From a virus, in UHGV virus genome UHGV-0232575: DNA of 40,876 nt, one strand, 5' to 3'. A program made the position numbers and the translations under genes. Under the pieces are notes generated by a model that saw only the letters and a program-made list of their open reading frames with translations, made no database searches and was not told the origin of the DNA. This document shows positions 7,608 through 15,214 of the stretch, piece by piece. Each line of letters opens with the position of its first letter. Position 1 is the stretch's first letter.

Positions 7608-10600
7608 TTAAATGTAACCTAAATTACGTCTGTTGTTACGTTGCTGTGTATTATTTAGGTTGTTAAGTTCCTTGTTAAGCTTCTTACCGTCCAATAACAC
7701 ATCTGTATTTTTGGCTAAGATAGCTTGTAATAATTCGTTCTGTTGTTGCATTAAAGCAACCACTGTTGCCAAGTCTGTTGATGTTCCTTGCTTAGGTGTG
7801 TTGCGTTCTTCCTTCACTCCCAATGCTTGTTTAGCTTGGTTAAGCAATGCCATTGCTCTTCCTCGTTTAGCTGGTTCAGTTGGAATGATAAATTCTGGAT
7901 AGCCATTTTCAGCAAGTTTTGCAATTTGTGGACCTTTTGCAATACCACCATTATAATAACCTCTAATCCGTCCACCAGATGGACCCCAACCAGATTTACC
8001 ATAAGGTAAGTCTTGACGCCAGTTAGTATTGTTAAAGAATGCTAGTAATTGGTCATAACCTGAATAAATGTTGCCATGTCCTTTTACCTTGTATGCGTCA
8101 AACGTTTGTGGGATATATTGAAGCAGACCGCGTGCTGGGTTTCCACTTGCGGTGTTGACGTCCCATACTGCTGAACTTTGAACAATCTTTTCATTACCAC
8201 CCGATTCACGTTGAATCTGTGCTAAGATACCATTGATTTCACTTTCACTAGCATTTGCGCCTATTTCTTTGGAAGCTTTGATGACTAATGCACGCCAGTT
8301 ACCATCTACAGGACCGCTAACACGTTCTTCCTCTTCTTTCTTTTTGAATAAGGCTTTCACTTTTTCAGCAAATGCAGTTGTAGCTTTTGTTCCTAAAGCT
8401 TTTGCCATGTCTAGTGCTACGTGTGTTAGACCTCCTAAGTCCATTGCACCCATAATTGCATTTCGTGCTAAGTCTAATGGATTACCTACCCAGTCCATAA
8501 TATCGCCAATGGTTTGTTTTACCTTGTTAATACCATTACCAACAAATGACTTGGTATTGTCCCACATATTGCGAACTCCGTCCATGAAACCAGTTCCTTT
8601 TTTATAGAATGGAATGCGCCCTTTTTGTCCTAATACCATTGATGTTTCTTTGGCATTTAGCACTTGTGTTCCAGCTGGTGCATTCATCATAACGTTTCTA
8701 CCTTTTGGAATCATTGCTTGACCGTTTGGTGCGATTACCATTTCAGCACCACCACCGTCATTTACTACCATAGGTCCGCCTATGTGACCGTCAGTACCGT
8801 TTGCATATTGTGGTACGTCCCATTTAGGAATTTGAGGTGCGCCAAACTTTTCTAACACCCAGTTAGCACCACCAATGATACCATTTACTGGACCACCAAT
8901 TGCACTCAATACCTTATTGAAAATACCTTTAAATGCACCAGTAACATGACCAGCACCCCTACTGATTGCACCTCCTAAACGCTCTGGCAAACTAGTAAAC
9001 CAACGTACAATTGTGTCAATACCACCACTAAATGTGTTTTTAATTCCCTTCCAAAGAGATGAAATAGTTCCTGAAACATTACTTCTAAGGTCACGTGCAA
9101 TGCGTGTTACATTACTGAACCAACCTGAAACAGCACCATTTACATTTGATACACCACCTTTAAAGAAGTTTTTAACAGCTTCCCACATTCCAGAAATTGA
9201 ACCTTTGAATGTTGCGCCAAAACCATTTACACCTTTTAATATTTTACCAAAGAATGAAATATTAATCCAGTTCCAAATTACTTGAATAGCACCCCAAACT
9301 AATTGTTTGATACCGTCCCAGATTAATTTCCAATCACCGTTGAAAATACCTTTAAAGATTTTTGTTGCCCCTTCAATTACATTAAAGAAACCTTCAATCA
9401 AACCAACTACTGAATCAACAAAACTCATTACAATATCAATTGCAATTTTAAAAATTGGTGTTAATAATTCTAACCATTTTTTAATTGCATCCATTATTGC
9501 TTGTCCGTTTTCGTTCCACCACTTAGTTACCTTATCAAAAACAGCGCCTAACCTATCACCAAGTTCTTGAAGCTTAGGCATGATGTAAGGTATTAAGTCA
9601 TCTGCAATGTACTTAATCACAACACCCATAATGTCGCCCGCAACTTTGAAAGATGTACCAAGATATTGCGTTAACTTTTCAAGAATTGGTTGTGCAAACT
9701 CCCACATTTTTTGCAACGCTGGTTGGACCATTGGTAGAATTTTCTTGGTAAAGTTTGTGATACCGTCTGCCATTCCACCAAACATTGGGTTCAATGAGAT
9801 ACCAATTTCATTTCCTAATGCTTTTAATGCTGATTTAAAGGCGTCCATTCCAGTTGTGTTGCTCATTGCGTTGTTCATTGCGTCTTGTGCGCCTTCTACA
9901 TTATCATATGCCATTGATGTATTGTTTAATGACTTGATAACATTTAAGCTGTTATCTTCACCTAATGCGGACCAGATTGTTCCAGCTTTGTTTAATGCTT
10001 CATATTGGTTTTCCATACCTCCAAAGTCACTAATCATTGAACGGATAACGTCCGCTTGTGTTGCTCCACCTTGTTGCCATTGTCTAAACAGTTCTTGTGT
10101 TTGACCGCTGAACATACCTATGTTGTCCTCAAAACGACCATCTGTTAATGAAATAGCCATTTCTTTGATTAAGTCATTGACTTTATCTAAGTTGTATGCG
10201 CCGTTATCTAAACCACTCTGTAACATGTCAAATGTTTGTTCTGCTGTGAAACCAGCTTGACCGAAAATCTGTGAGTATTCAGCCATGTTGTCGCCTAGCT
10301 CGTCTGTTTGGTCAAGACCCAGTTGTGCGCCACGTGCCATCAAGTCCCAAGCATGGTCTGCGTCAATACCAAAGTTGGTCATCATTTTACCAATACCACG
10401 AATAGTTTCGTTAACGTCTGCACCAGTATTTTTAGAAAATGCAATTGCATTACGTGTCATTCGTTGTAACATGTCGTCGTCCATACCGCCCGCACCCATT
10501 ACATTTTGAACACGTATCATTGCTTCTGCTACTTCGTTGATGTCGTCTGAATAACCTTCTGCAACTAATTGGTTAGCTAACCTTGAAACAGCTTGGGCGC

Positions 10601-11495
10601 TCTCTGCGTCCCAATCAAAAGCACCTTTGAATTTATCAACCGCTTCAATACCCGCATTAATATTTTCAACAACTTCTGAAACAGCGTCACTAATCATATC
10701 AATTGCTTTAGTAGCTACCGCCATACCAACACCAGCAACCAAACCTTGTAGCCCTTTACTTGCTAGTCCTAAACCTTCGCTAGTTTCACCGCTTGATTTA
10801 CCTAGTTCTTGCATTCCTTTAGATACTGAATCTAGTTCACTGTCTGTATTGTTTAATTGCTTTTTAAAGCCTTGTAACTCTTGTTCAGCTTTGCTAACTT
10901 CTGTTGAATTTTTACCAAACTTTTGCGTTAATTGTTTGATTGCGTTTTCTTGACCAGCAATAGCTTGTTTAGTTAGGTCTGATTGACGTTTTAAACCAGC
11001 CTGTTTTGTCTCCAAAGCACCCATTTTGTCGCCAGCTTTATCCATTGCGTTGGCTTGTTTTTGGAAGTCTTTTGCGTTATCTTTGATTTCTTGACCTAGT
11101 TTATCTAAACCATTCTCAAACTTGATAACGTCAGCTGTAGTTTTTTGCAAATCTTTTTGCATTCCATTGTATTTGGCACTAGCATTGTTTAACTGTGTAG
11201 TTAGTGTTTTAACTTGGTTTGATTCTTCACCATATTTTGCAATAGCGTCTTGACGTTTCTTACTTAGTAATTCAACTTTCTTACCTTGTAAGTCAGTAGC
11301 TGTTGCTAAGTCTTTTTCTTTTTGTTGCAATTTCTCAATACTTTGTCCTGATTTATCAAACACTGATAAATTGGCTTTCATTGCTGATTCTTGCTGTTTA
11401 ATTGACTTGTTTAATTTGTCTAATGTATTAATGGTCTGGTCTACACCGTCAACACCAATACCAAACTTCATATTGCCAATAACCTTATCTACCAT
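7608..11495 (-). CDS. Tape measure protein with a C-terminal lytic transglycosylase (SLT) domain
   Basis: 1295 aa. N-terminal coiled coil (QKEKDLATATDLQ...) and central aromatic W/F repeats. SLT motif ...RESGGNEKIVQSS...GLLQYIPQTF... near the C-terminus. Confidence 0.9.
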   Translation of the reverse strand: MVDKVIGNMKFGIGVDGVDQTINTLDKLNKSIKQQESAMKANLSVFDKSGQSIEKLQQKEKDLATATDLQGKKVELLSKKRQDAIAKYGEESNQVKTLTTQLNNASAKYNGMQKDLQKTTADVIKFENGLDKLGQEIKDNAKDFQKQANAMDKAGDKMGALETKQAGLKRQSDLTKQAIAGQENAIKQLTQKFGKNSTEVSKAEQELQGFKKQLNNTDSELDSVSKGMQELGKSSGETSEGLGLASKGLQGLVAGVGMAVATKAIDMISDAVSEVVENINAGIEAVDKFKGAFDWDAESAQAVSRLANQLVAEGYSDDINEVAEAMIRVQNVMGAGGMDDDMLQRMTRNAIAFSKNTGADVNETIRGIGKMMTNFGIDADHAWDLMARGAQLGLDQTDELGDNMAEYSQIFGQAGFTAEQTFDMLQSGLDNGAYNLDKVNDLIKEMAISLTDGRFEDNIGMFSGQTQELFRQWQQGGATQADVIRSMISDFGGMENQYEALNKAGTIWSALGEDNSLNVIKSLNNTSMAYDNVEGAQDAMNNAMSNTTGMDAFKSALKALGNEIGISLNPMFGGMADGITNFTKKILPMVQPALQKMWEFAQPILEKLTQYLGTSFKVAGDIMGVVIKYIADDLIPYIMPKLQELGDRLGAVFDKVTKWWNENGQAIMDAIKKWLELLTPIFKIAIDIVMSFVDSVVGLIEGFFNVIEGATKIFKGIFNGDWKLIWDGIKQLVWGAIQVIWNWINISFFGKILKGVNGFGATFKGSISGMWEAVKNFFKGGVSNVNGAVSGWFSNVTRIARDLRSNVSGTISSLWKGIKNTFSGGIDTIVRWFTSLPERLGGAISRGAGHVTGAFKGIFNKVLSAIGGPVNGIIGGANWVLEKFGAPQIPKWDVPQYANGTDGHIGGPMVVNDGGGAEMVIAPNGQAMIPKGRNVMMNAPAGTQVLNAKETSMVLGQKGRIPFYKKGTGFMDGVRNMWDNTKSFVGNGINKVKQTIGDIMDWVGNPLDLARNAIMGAMDLGGLTHVALDMAKALGTKATTAFAEKVKALFKKKEEEERVSGPVDGNWRALVIKASKEIGANASESEINGILAQIQRESGGNEKIVQSSAVWDVNTASGNPARGLLQYIPQTFDAYKVKGHGNIYSGYDQLLAFFNNTNWRQDLPYGKSGWGPSGGRIRGYYNGGIAKGPQIAKLAENGYPEFIIPTEPAKRGRAMALLNQAKQALGVKEERNTPKQGTSTDLATVVALMQQQNELLQAILAKNTDVLLDGKKLNKELNNLNNTQQRNNRRNLGYI

Positions 11496-12066
11496 TATTC
11501 AATCTCTCCTTTTGCTTTTGCTAGGTCTGTTGGTGATAGGACAGTGCCAAAAAATGCTAATGGGTCTTGTTTCTCTTCTTTTTTCTCTTTAGTATTATCA
11601 CTGAATAATTCCAATAAAAGAAGGTAGTCAGCTTCGCTAACATCATTAACGGTCCAACCACCTTCCATGTATGAATTATATAATTTGTTTAGTGATTCTA
11701 AAGATTCGTCCCAGTTAACTTCAACACCGTCCTCTAGGCTTCCTTTGAATCGTCAACTCCCATAATAGTTCCTAAGATGTTTTCTAAAACGTCTACTAAG
11801 TCATCTGATTCAATTGAGTTTTCAATTGCTTCAAATGTAACTTCTGGGTGTTCAAAGATTTCAACTAATAAGACAATCATTGAATCTAATAATTCTAATT
11901 GGTCAACTTCTACACCATTAGCCATGTCTTTTTGTACGTTTTCCATATCACGGTAATACTTCATAATACTACGCATTGTCTTAACTTTGACACCTTTTTT
12001 TGTAATTTTGCGGTTTTTTCCGTCAATAATTAAGTTAATACTGAATGATTTTGTTTGTTTTGCCAT
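11495..12066 (-). CDS. Predicted gpGT fusion via programmed -1 ribosomal frameshift near 11743-11749
   Basis: The -1 frame is open from just before the gpG stop to a TAA that overlaps the TMP ATG (TAATGG). A dnaX-like layout is present: GGGAG, a 10-nt spacer, then TCA AAG slip. Confidence 0.55.
11734..12066 (-). CDS. Tail assembly chaperone gpG-like
   Basis: 110 aa acidic protein immediately upstream of TMP. RBS GGAGGAATAAAC-ATG. Confidence 0.7.
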   Translation of the reverse strand: MAKQTKSFSINLIIDGKNRKITKKGVKVKTMRSIMKYYRDMENVQKDMANGVEVDQLELLDSMIVLLVEIFEHPEVTFEAIENSIESDDLVDVLENILGTIMGVDDSKEA

Positions 12067-12092
12067 GTTTATTCCTCCAAATAATTTTATTT

Positions 12093-12101
12093 ACTATAGT
12101 T
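12093..12101 (-). promoter_or_regulatory. Extended -10 late promoter TGCTATAAT + AACTATAGTAAA box upstream of gpG
   Basis: The - strand reads aaTGCTATAATAACTATAGTAAAtaaaatt. It shares 20 nt with the copy at 12845. Confidence 0.5.
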
Positions 12102-12151
12102 ATTATAGCATTAAAAGTAATGGTTGTGGGTGTTGGTGAAACCAGTGTATA

Positions 12152-12180
12152 TAAAAAAAGAAGAGCTGTCAAGCTCTTCT
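12152..12180 (-). terminator. Rho-independent terminator after the major tail protein gene
   Basis: GAAGAGCTtgacAGCTCTTC followed by TTTTTTT on the - strand. Confidence 0.7.
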
Positions 12181-12248
12181 AAGTCAATTCAATTGTTACA
12201 CTTGTGTCAGCTGGTGTCACCTGCCCTACCACAGGTGGATTAGCTGGG
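12179..12248 (-). other. Conserved post-stop recoding-like element, copy B (after MTP): the +1 frame encodes a 21-aa extension and a hairpin CACCTGTGGTAGGGCAGGTG follows
   Basis: The + strand shows CCC AGC TAA then tCCACCTGTGGTAGGGCAGGTGACACCAGCTGACACAAGTGTAACAATTGAATTGACTTAG. It is ~88% identical to copy A at 15145-15214. Confidence 0.6.
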
Positions 12249-12812
12249 TAAACCGTTGTTTACTTTGTCAACAAACTTATCAAGTGTTAATGTATCGCTT
12301 GAAACAGCACTCATGTATGCAAAGCCACGTGAATCTGTTACAAATGAACCTTCAATTGTTTCTGTATTTGGTTCTGTACCACCAGATTCTGTTGTATTCA
12401 ATGCGATTTCTGGGTGGCTGAAACGTCCTTTAACTAAACCAAAGTACATCTCTTTACCGTCTGCACCGTCTGCAACAAATACTGCTGAAACGTAAGGCGC
12501 TTCTGTATTTTCACCAACGATTGCAATACCATCTTTATCACGTTCAATACCTAAAATTTTCTCATAAACGTTGTTTTTATACAAGTCAAATACGTTTAAT
12601 GAAGCTGTTAACTCTCCAACTCCTTTAGCTGATACCCAAATTGGAACGTTTGACGCATAAACGGTTGTTTGTTCTGCTGAAATTCCTTTAATTGACGCTT
12701 CAATAGTACCGCCACCGCTTTTATCAATTGTGTATTTATCAACACCTGAACCTGCTTTTTTAGGTACACTAATGATTGCTTTTTTGAATCCTACTACAGC
12801 TATGATAACCAC
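12240..12812 (-). CDS. Major tail protein (phi13-like family)
   Basis: 190 aa at the typical MTP position. GTG start with a nearby GAGGAG RBS; start is uncertain. Confidence 0.75.
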   Translation of the reverse strand: MVIIAVVGFKKAIISVPKKAGSGVDKYTIDKSGGGTIEASIKGISAEQTTVYASNVPIWVSAKGVGELTASLNVFDLYKNNVYEKILGIERDKDGIAIVGENTEAPYVSAVFVADGADGKEMYFGLVKGRFSHPEIALNTTESGGTEPNTETIEGSFVTDSRGFAYMSAVSSDTLTLDKFVDKVNNGLPS

Positions 12813-12844
12813 TCCTCAATATAGTTTATTTTGTTACTATAGTT

Positions 12845-12853
12845 ATTATAGCA
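12845..12853 (-). promoter_or_regulatory. Extended -10 late promoter TGCTATAAT + AACTATAGTAA box upstream of the MTP gene
   Basis: The - strand reads agtaTGCTATAATAACTATAGTAAcaaaata. Confidence 0.55.
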
Positions 12854-12875
12854 TACTATTATAGTCTTGTGTGTG

Positions 12876-13430
12876 TTATGCGAATGTTATTGAGAACCCT
12901 TTGTGTGTTTTTCTTTTACCTCGTAAGACTTTGTTAACATGGCCACTATCACCATTATGTTCTACACAAAACTCTCTAACTGTTCTATAATAGAATGACT
13001 CTCCATTTTTATTTGTACATATAATCCCATTAAATTTAAAACCATATATGGTGTCCATCTTCTTTAATTGTGATTCTTCTGAAAAAACCTGTTGTTTTCT
13101 CTTGTTTGATATATTATTTTTTGTAGTATCAGTATGATGTCTATTGTGCATTACACCATTACCACCAGCTGTTATATTATATCCATCAACTGTAGTGTTG
13201 TATTTTTCTATTAACTTCATTTCTAGTTCGTTAGCTTCATCTTTTGTTAATCCTTCTCTTATTATAAAGTGGTTGAATCCATCCCATCCGTATTTTTGAA
13301 TTGCATTGTAGAACTTGTGTGAACTACGATAGGCAGAACCGTTACCCCACCTAGTGTTTACTTTCTGCATAGTTTGACCAAAGTATTTTTTATTATTTTC
13401 TTTGTTTATATGCAAATATACTGTATACAT
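12876..13430 (-). CDS. GIY-YIG homing endonuclease (free-standing, inserted in the tail module)
   Basis: N-terminal YTVYLHINKENNKKYFGQT GIY-YIG motif. C-terminal NUMOD3/IENR-like HVNKVLRGKRKTHKGF. Confidence 0.8.
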   Translation of the reverse strand: MYTVYLHINKENNKKYFGQTMQKVNTRWGNGSAYRSSHKFYNAIQKYGWDGFNHFIIREGLTKDEANELEMKLIEKYNTTVDGYNITAGGNGVMHNRHHTDTTKNNISNKRKQQVFSEESQLKKMDTIYGFKFNGIICTNKNGESFYYRTVREFCVEHNGDSGHVNKVLRGKRKTHKGFSITFA

Positions 13431-13471
13431 TTAATCACCTCATGTATACAGTATATCATAATTTTTATGAT

Positions 13472-13837
13472 TTAGACAACTCTTTGTGTGATTACGTAAC
13501 GTTTCACAATGCGACTGGCTCCCTCTAGGTCTGGTTCATATGTCTGTGTACTAAATGAACATTGTACGTTATCAGCACGCATTGTCTTATCAATTGATAG
13601 ATAGTATTTATCTAACATTGTCAAATCTTCAACCCACAAATCAACTTGGATATAGGTTGTGTAATAATTTGGGTATGCACTTGCATATGCGTGATAGTCC
13701 ATGTCTAGCTCTGTGATTCTACCTACTGGCAACTTAGGAAGTGATACAAACTCATTTGGTACTTCGTTAGTAAACCAGTTGACTTCTGGGTGTGCTTCAT
13801 TAAGTATCTGTGCCACTTGTAAAATAGGTAATGTCAT
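13472..13837 (-). CDS. Tail completion/tail terminator (neck) protein
   Basis: 121 aa, called from its position between the head-tail joining genes and MTP. Start overlaps the upstream stop (ATGA). Confidence 0.5.
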   Translation of the reverse strand: MTLPILQVAQILNEAHPEVNWFTNEVPNEFVSLPKLPVGRITELDMDYHAYASAYPNYYTTYIQVDLWVEDLTMLDKYYLSIDKTMRADNVQCSFSTQTYEPDLEGASRIVKRYVITQRVV

Positions 13838-14241
13838 TTTAGAAACGCCTCCTCCATTGCTTTTATAATTACCTTTTCTATTTCGTCTTGAACCTCTTTG
13901 ATAGTCTTTTCAATGAAATGTTGTGGTCTTTGTGTCATTGTTCCTAATTCTGTGAAGTGAACCCTCCACGAAACTTGGTCATTATACCCAATCAACACTT
14001 CGTGTTTACCTTTACTTGCTTTTGTCATTGCTGTATTTTTCTGCATATGTTCACGTTTATACATCTGGTCTTTTCTACTGTATTTTTTACCGTCCCAATA
14101 TGGTGTGCGTTTAGCAAGTTCTTGCTCTCCTATTTCACCAGCTTTGTTCAGTGCTTTTCCTGTGATGGTATCTGCGTTTTTACCAATCTTTATAAGTGCG
14201 TTGTATGCGTCTGAAAAGTCAGCATAATTCTGCTTACTCAT
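13834..14241 (-). CDS. HK97 gp10-like tail component protein
   Basis: 135 aa ...TQRPQHFIEKT... call based on position and size. Confidence 0.55.
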   Translation of the reverse strand: MSKQNYADFSDAYNALIKIGKNADTITGKALNKAGEIGEQELAKRTPYWDGKKYSRKDQMYKREHMQKNTAMTKASKGKHEVLIGYNDQVSWRVHFTELGTMTQRPQHFIEKTIKEVQDEIEKVIIKAMEEAFLK

Positions 14242-14570
14242 TTCTTAACCCTCTTACATACTAATGTTGTAAAGTCACGGTCATAGCTACCTTCTAAAAT
14301 GGATACTATTTCATAGTTAACACCTTTATATACAACACGCATATTATTTTGTAATTGGAAACGCTGTTCATAACGCACAACAAAATTAGTTGTATCCTCT
14401 AATGCAGTACCATATGTTTCTTTAAAATCTCTGAAATACTGTTGTTTTACACTACACCATATAGTTGCTTTATCAACCCACGTTGTTACCCATTCAAATT
14501 TATCGTTTTTTGATGTTGTTTTCTCTTGAATGGTGATTTTCTGATTAAGATGTTGTGTTGGTATCGCCAT
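14238..14570 (-). CDS. Head closure / head-tail joining protein (gp7-like)
   Basis: 110 aa with ...KITIQEK...VWCSV...VVRYEQRF...VYKGVNYEI...C near the C-terminus. RBS AAGGGGG. Confidence 0.65.
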   Translation of the reverse strand: MAIPTQHLNQKITIQEKTTSKNDKFEWVTTWVDKATIWCSVKQQYFRDFKETYGTALEDTTNFVVRYEQRFQLQNNMRVVYKGVNYEIVSILEGSYDRDFTTLVCKRVKK

Positions 14571-14838
14571 CAGATAACCCCCTTAGTTGCCAAATAAATG
14601 CCTGAATAGTGAACGGTACATCTTGTTGAAGTGCACTGGTTGCTGGAACACGGTTTTCATACCAAAGAGAAACCAACATGAACTGGCAAGTCTTAAAGCG
14701 TACATCATTTGGAACTGTTTTAACCTCAATAGCACCTAAGATAAACATTGAGCTTGTATCAATTAACGTCTGAATATAAACATCGTCTGAATCATAGTCT
14801 AAACGTAAATTGTTTTTTACTTCTTCTAATGTTAACAT
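14545..14838 (-). CDS. Head-tail connector/adaptor protein (gp6-like)
   Basis: N-terminal LTLEEVKNNLRLDYDSDD is typical. The start at the second ATG (14838) has an AAGGAGG RBS 7 nt upstream. Confidence 0.65.
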   Translation of the reverse strand: MLTLEEVKNNLRLDYDSDDVYIQTLIDTSSMFILGAIEVKTVPNDVRFKTCQFMLVSLWYENRVPATSALQQDVPFTIQAFIWQLRGLSDGDTNTTS

Positions 14839-14879
14839 TATCATACCTCCTTAGTTAAAAAGAGGGCTAAGCCCTCTTT

Positions 14880-15083
14880 TTATTTTACAGCTGCTGCAGT
14901 TGTAGTGAATTGTGGTACATCTACTTTGCTAGATTCTGGCTTACCATCTTCAATTGCTGTTACTTGAAAATCACCTTTGCTATATAGTGTTTCTGCTGTT
15001 AAACCTGTGATTGTTACTGGTGATGGTTTTTCAGTCACAATCTTTTCACCTGTTTTCTTGTATACGTTAAATACTTTAGCCAT
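14880..15083 (-). CDS. Small Ig-like (Big_2-like) domain protein; possible capsid decoration
   Basis: 67 aa with VTITGLTAETLYSKGDFQVTA, a Big_2-like strand pattern. It has its own RBS AAAGGAGAG and lies between the MCP and connector genes. Confidence 0.5.
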   Translation of the reverse strand: MAKVFNVYKKTGEKIVTEKPSPVTITGLTAETLYSKGDFQVTAIEDGKPESSKVDVPQFTTTAAAVK

Positions 15084-15102
15084 AATTTACACTCTCCTTT
15101 TA

Positions 15103-15139
15103 TATTTTAAAAAGAGGTAAGGCGAATGCCCCACCTCTT
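15103..15139 (-). terminator. Rho-independent terminator after the MCP gene
   Basis: AAGAGGTggggcattcgccttACCTCTTTTT on the - strand. Confidence 0.6.
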
Positions 15140-15144
15140 AGTGT

Positions 15145-15214
15145 TTAACTCAATTCAATTGATACACTTTTATCTGCTGGTGTCACCTGTCCTACCACAG
15201 GTGGTGTACTAGGG
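15145..15214 (-). other. Conserved post-stop recoding-like element, copy A (after MCP): the +1 frame encodes a 21-aa extension and a hairpin CACCTGTGGTAGGACAGGTG follows
   Basis: The + strand shows CCC TAG then tacaCCACCTGTGGTAGGACAGGTGACACCAGCAGATAAAAGTGTATCAATTGAATTGAGTTAA. The +1 frame from CCC gives P-STPPVVGQVTPADKSVSIELS-stop. Confidence 0.6.

Noticed and set aside
9607-10104. 165-aa + strand ORF inside the TMP gene
   Set aside because: Antisense shadow of TMP. Low-complexity hydrophobic sequence, no RBS, and opposite to the operon direction.
11743-11749. +1 rather than -1 frameshift for the gpG/gpGT chaperone
   Set aside because: The +1 frame hits TGA within 10 codons. Only the -1 frame runs through to the TMP start.
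12179-15214. Diversity-generating retroelement (TR/VR pair) explanation for the two 60-nt near-repeats
   Set aside because: Differences are not adenine-specific. No reverse transcriptase gene is present. Both copies sit in the same post-stop context.
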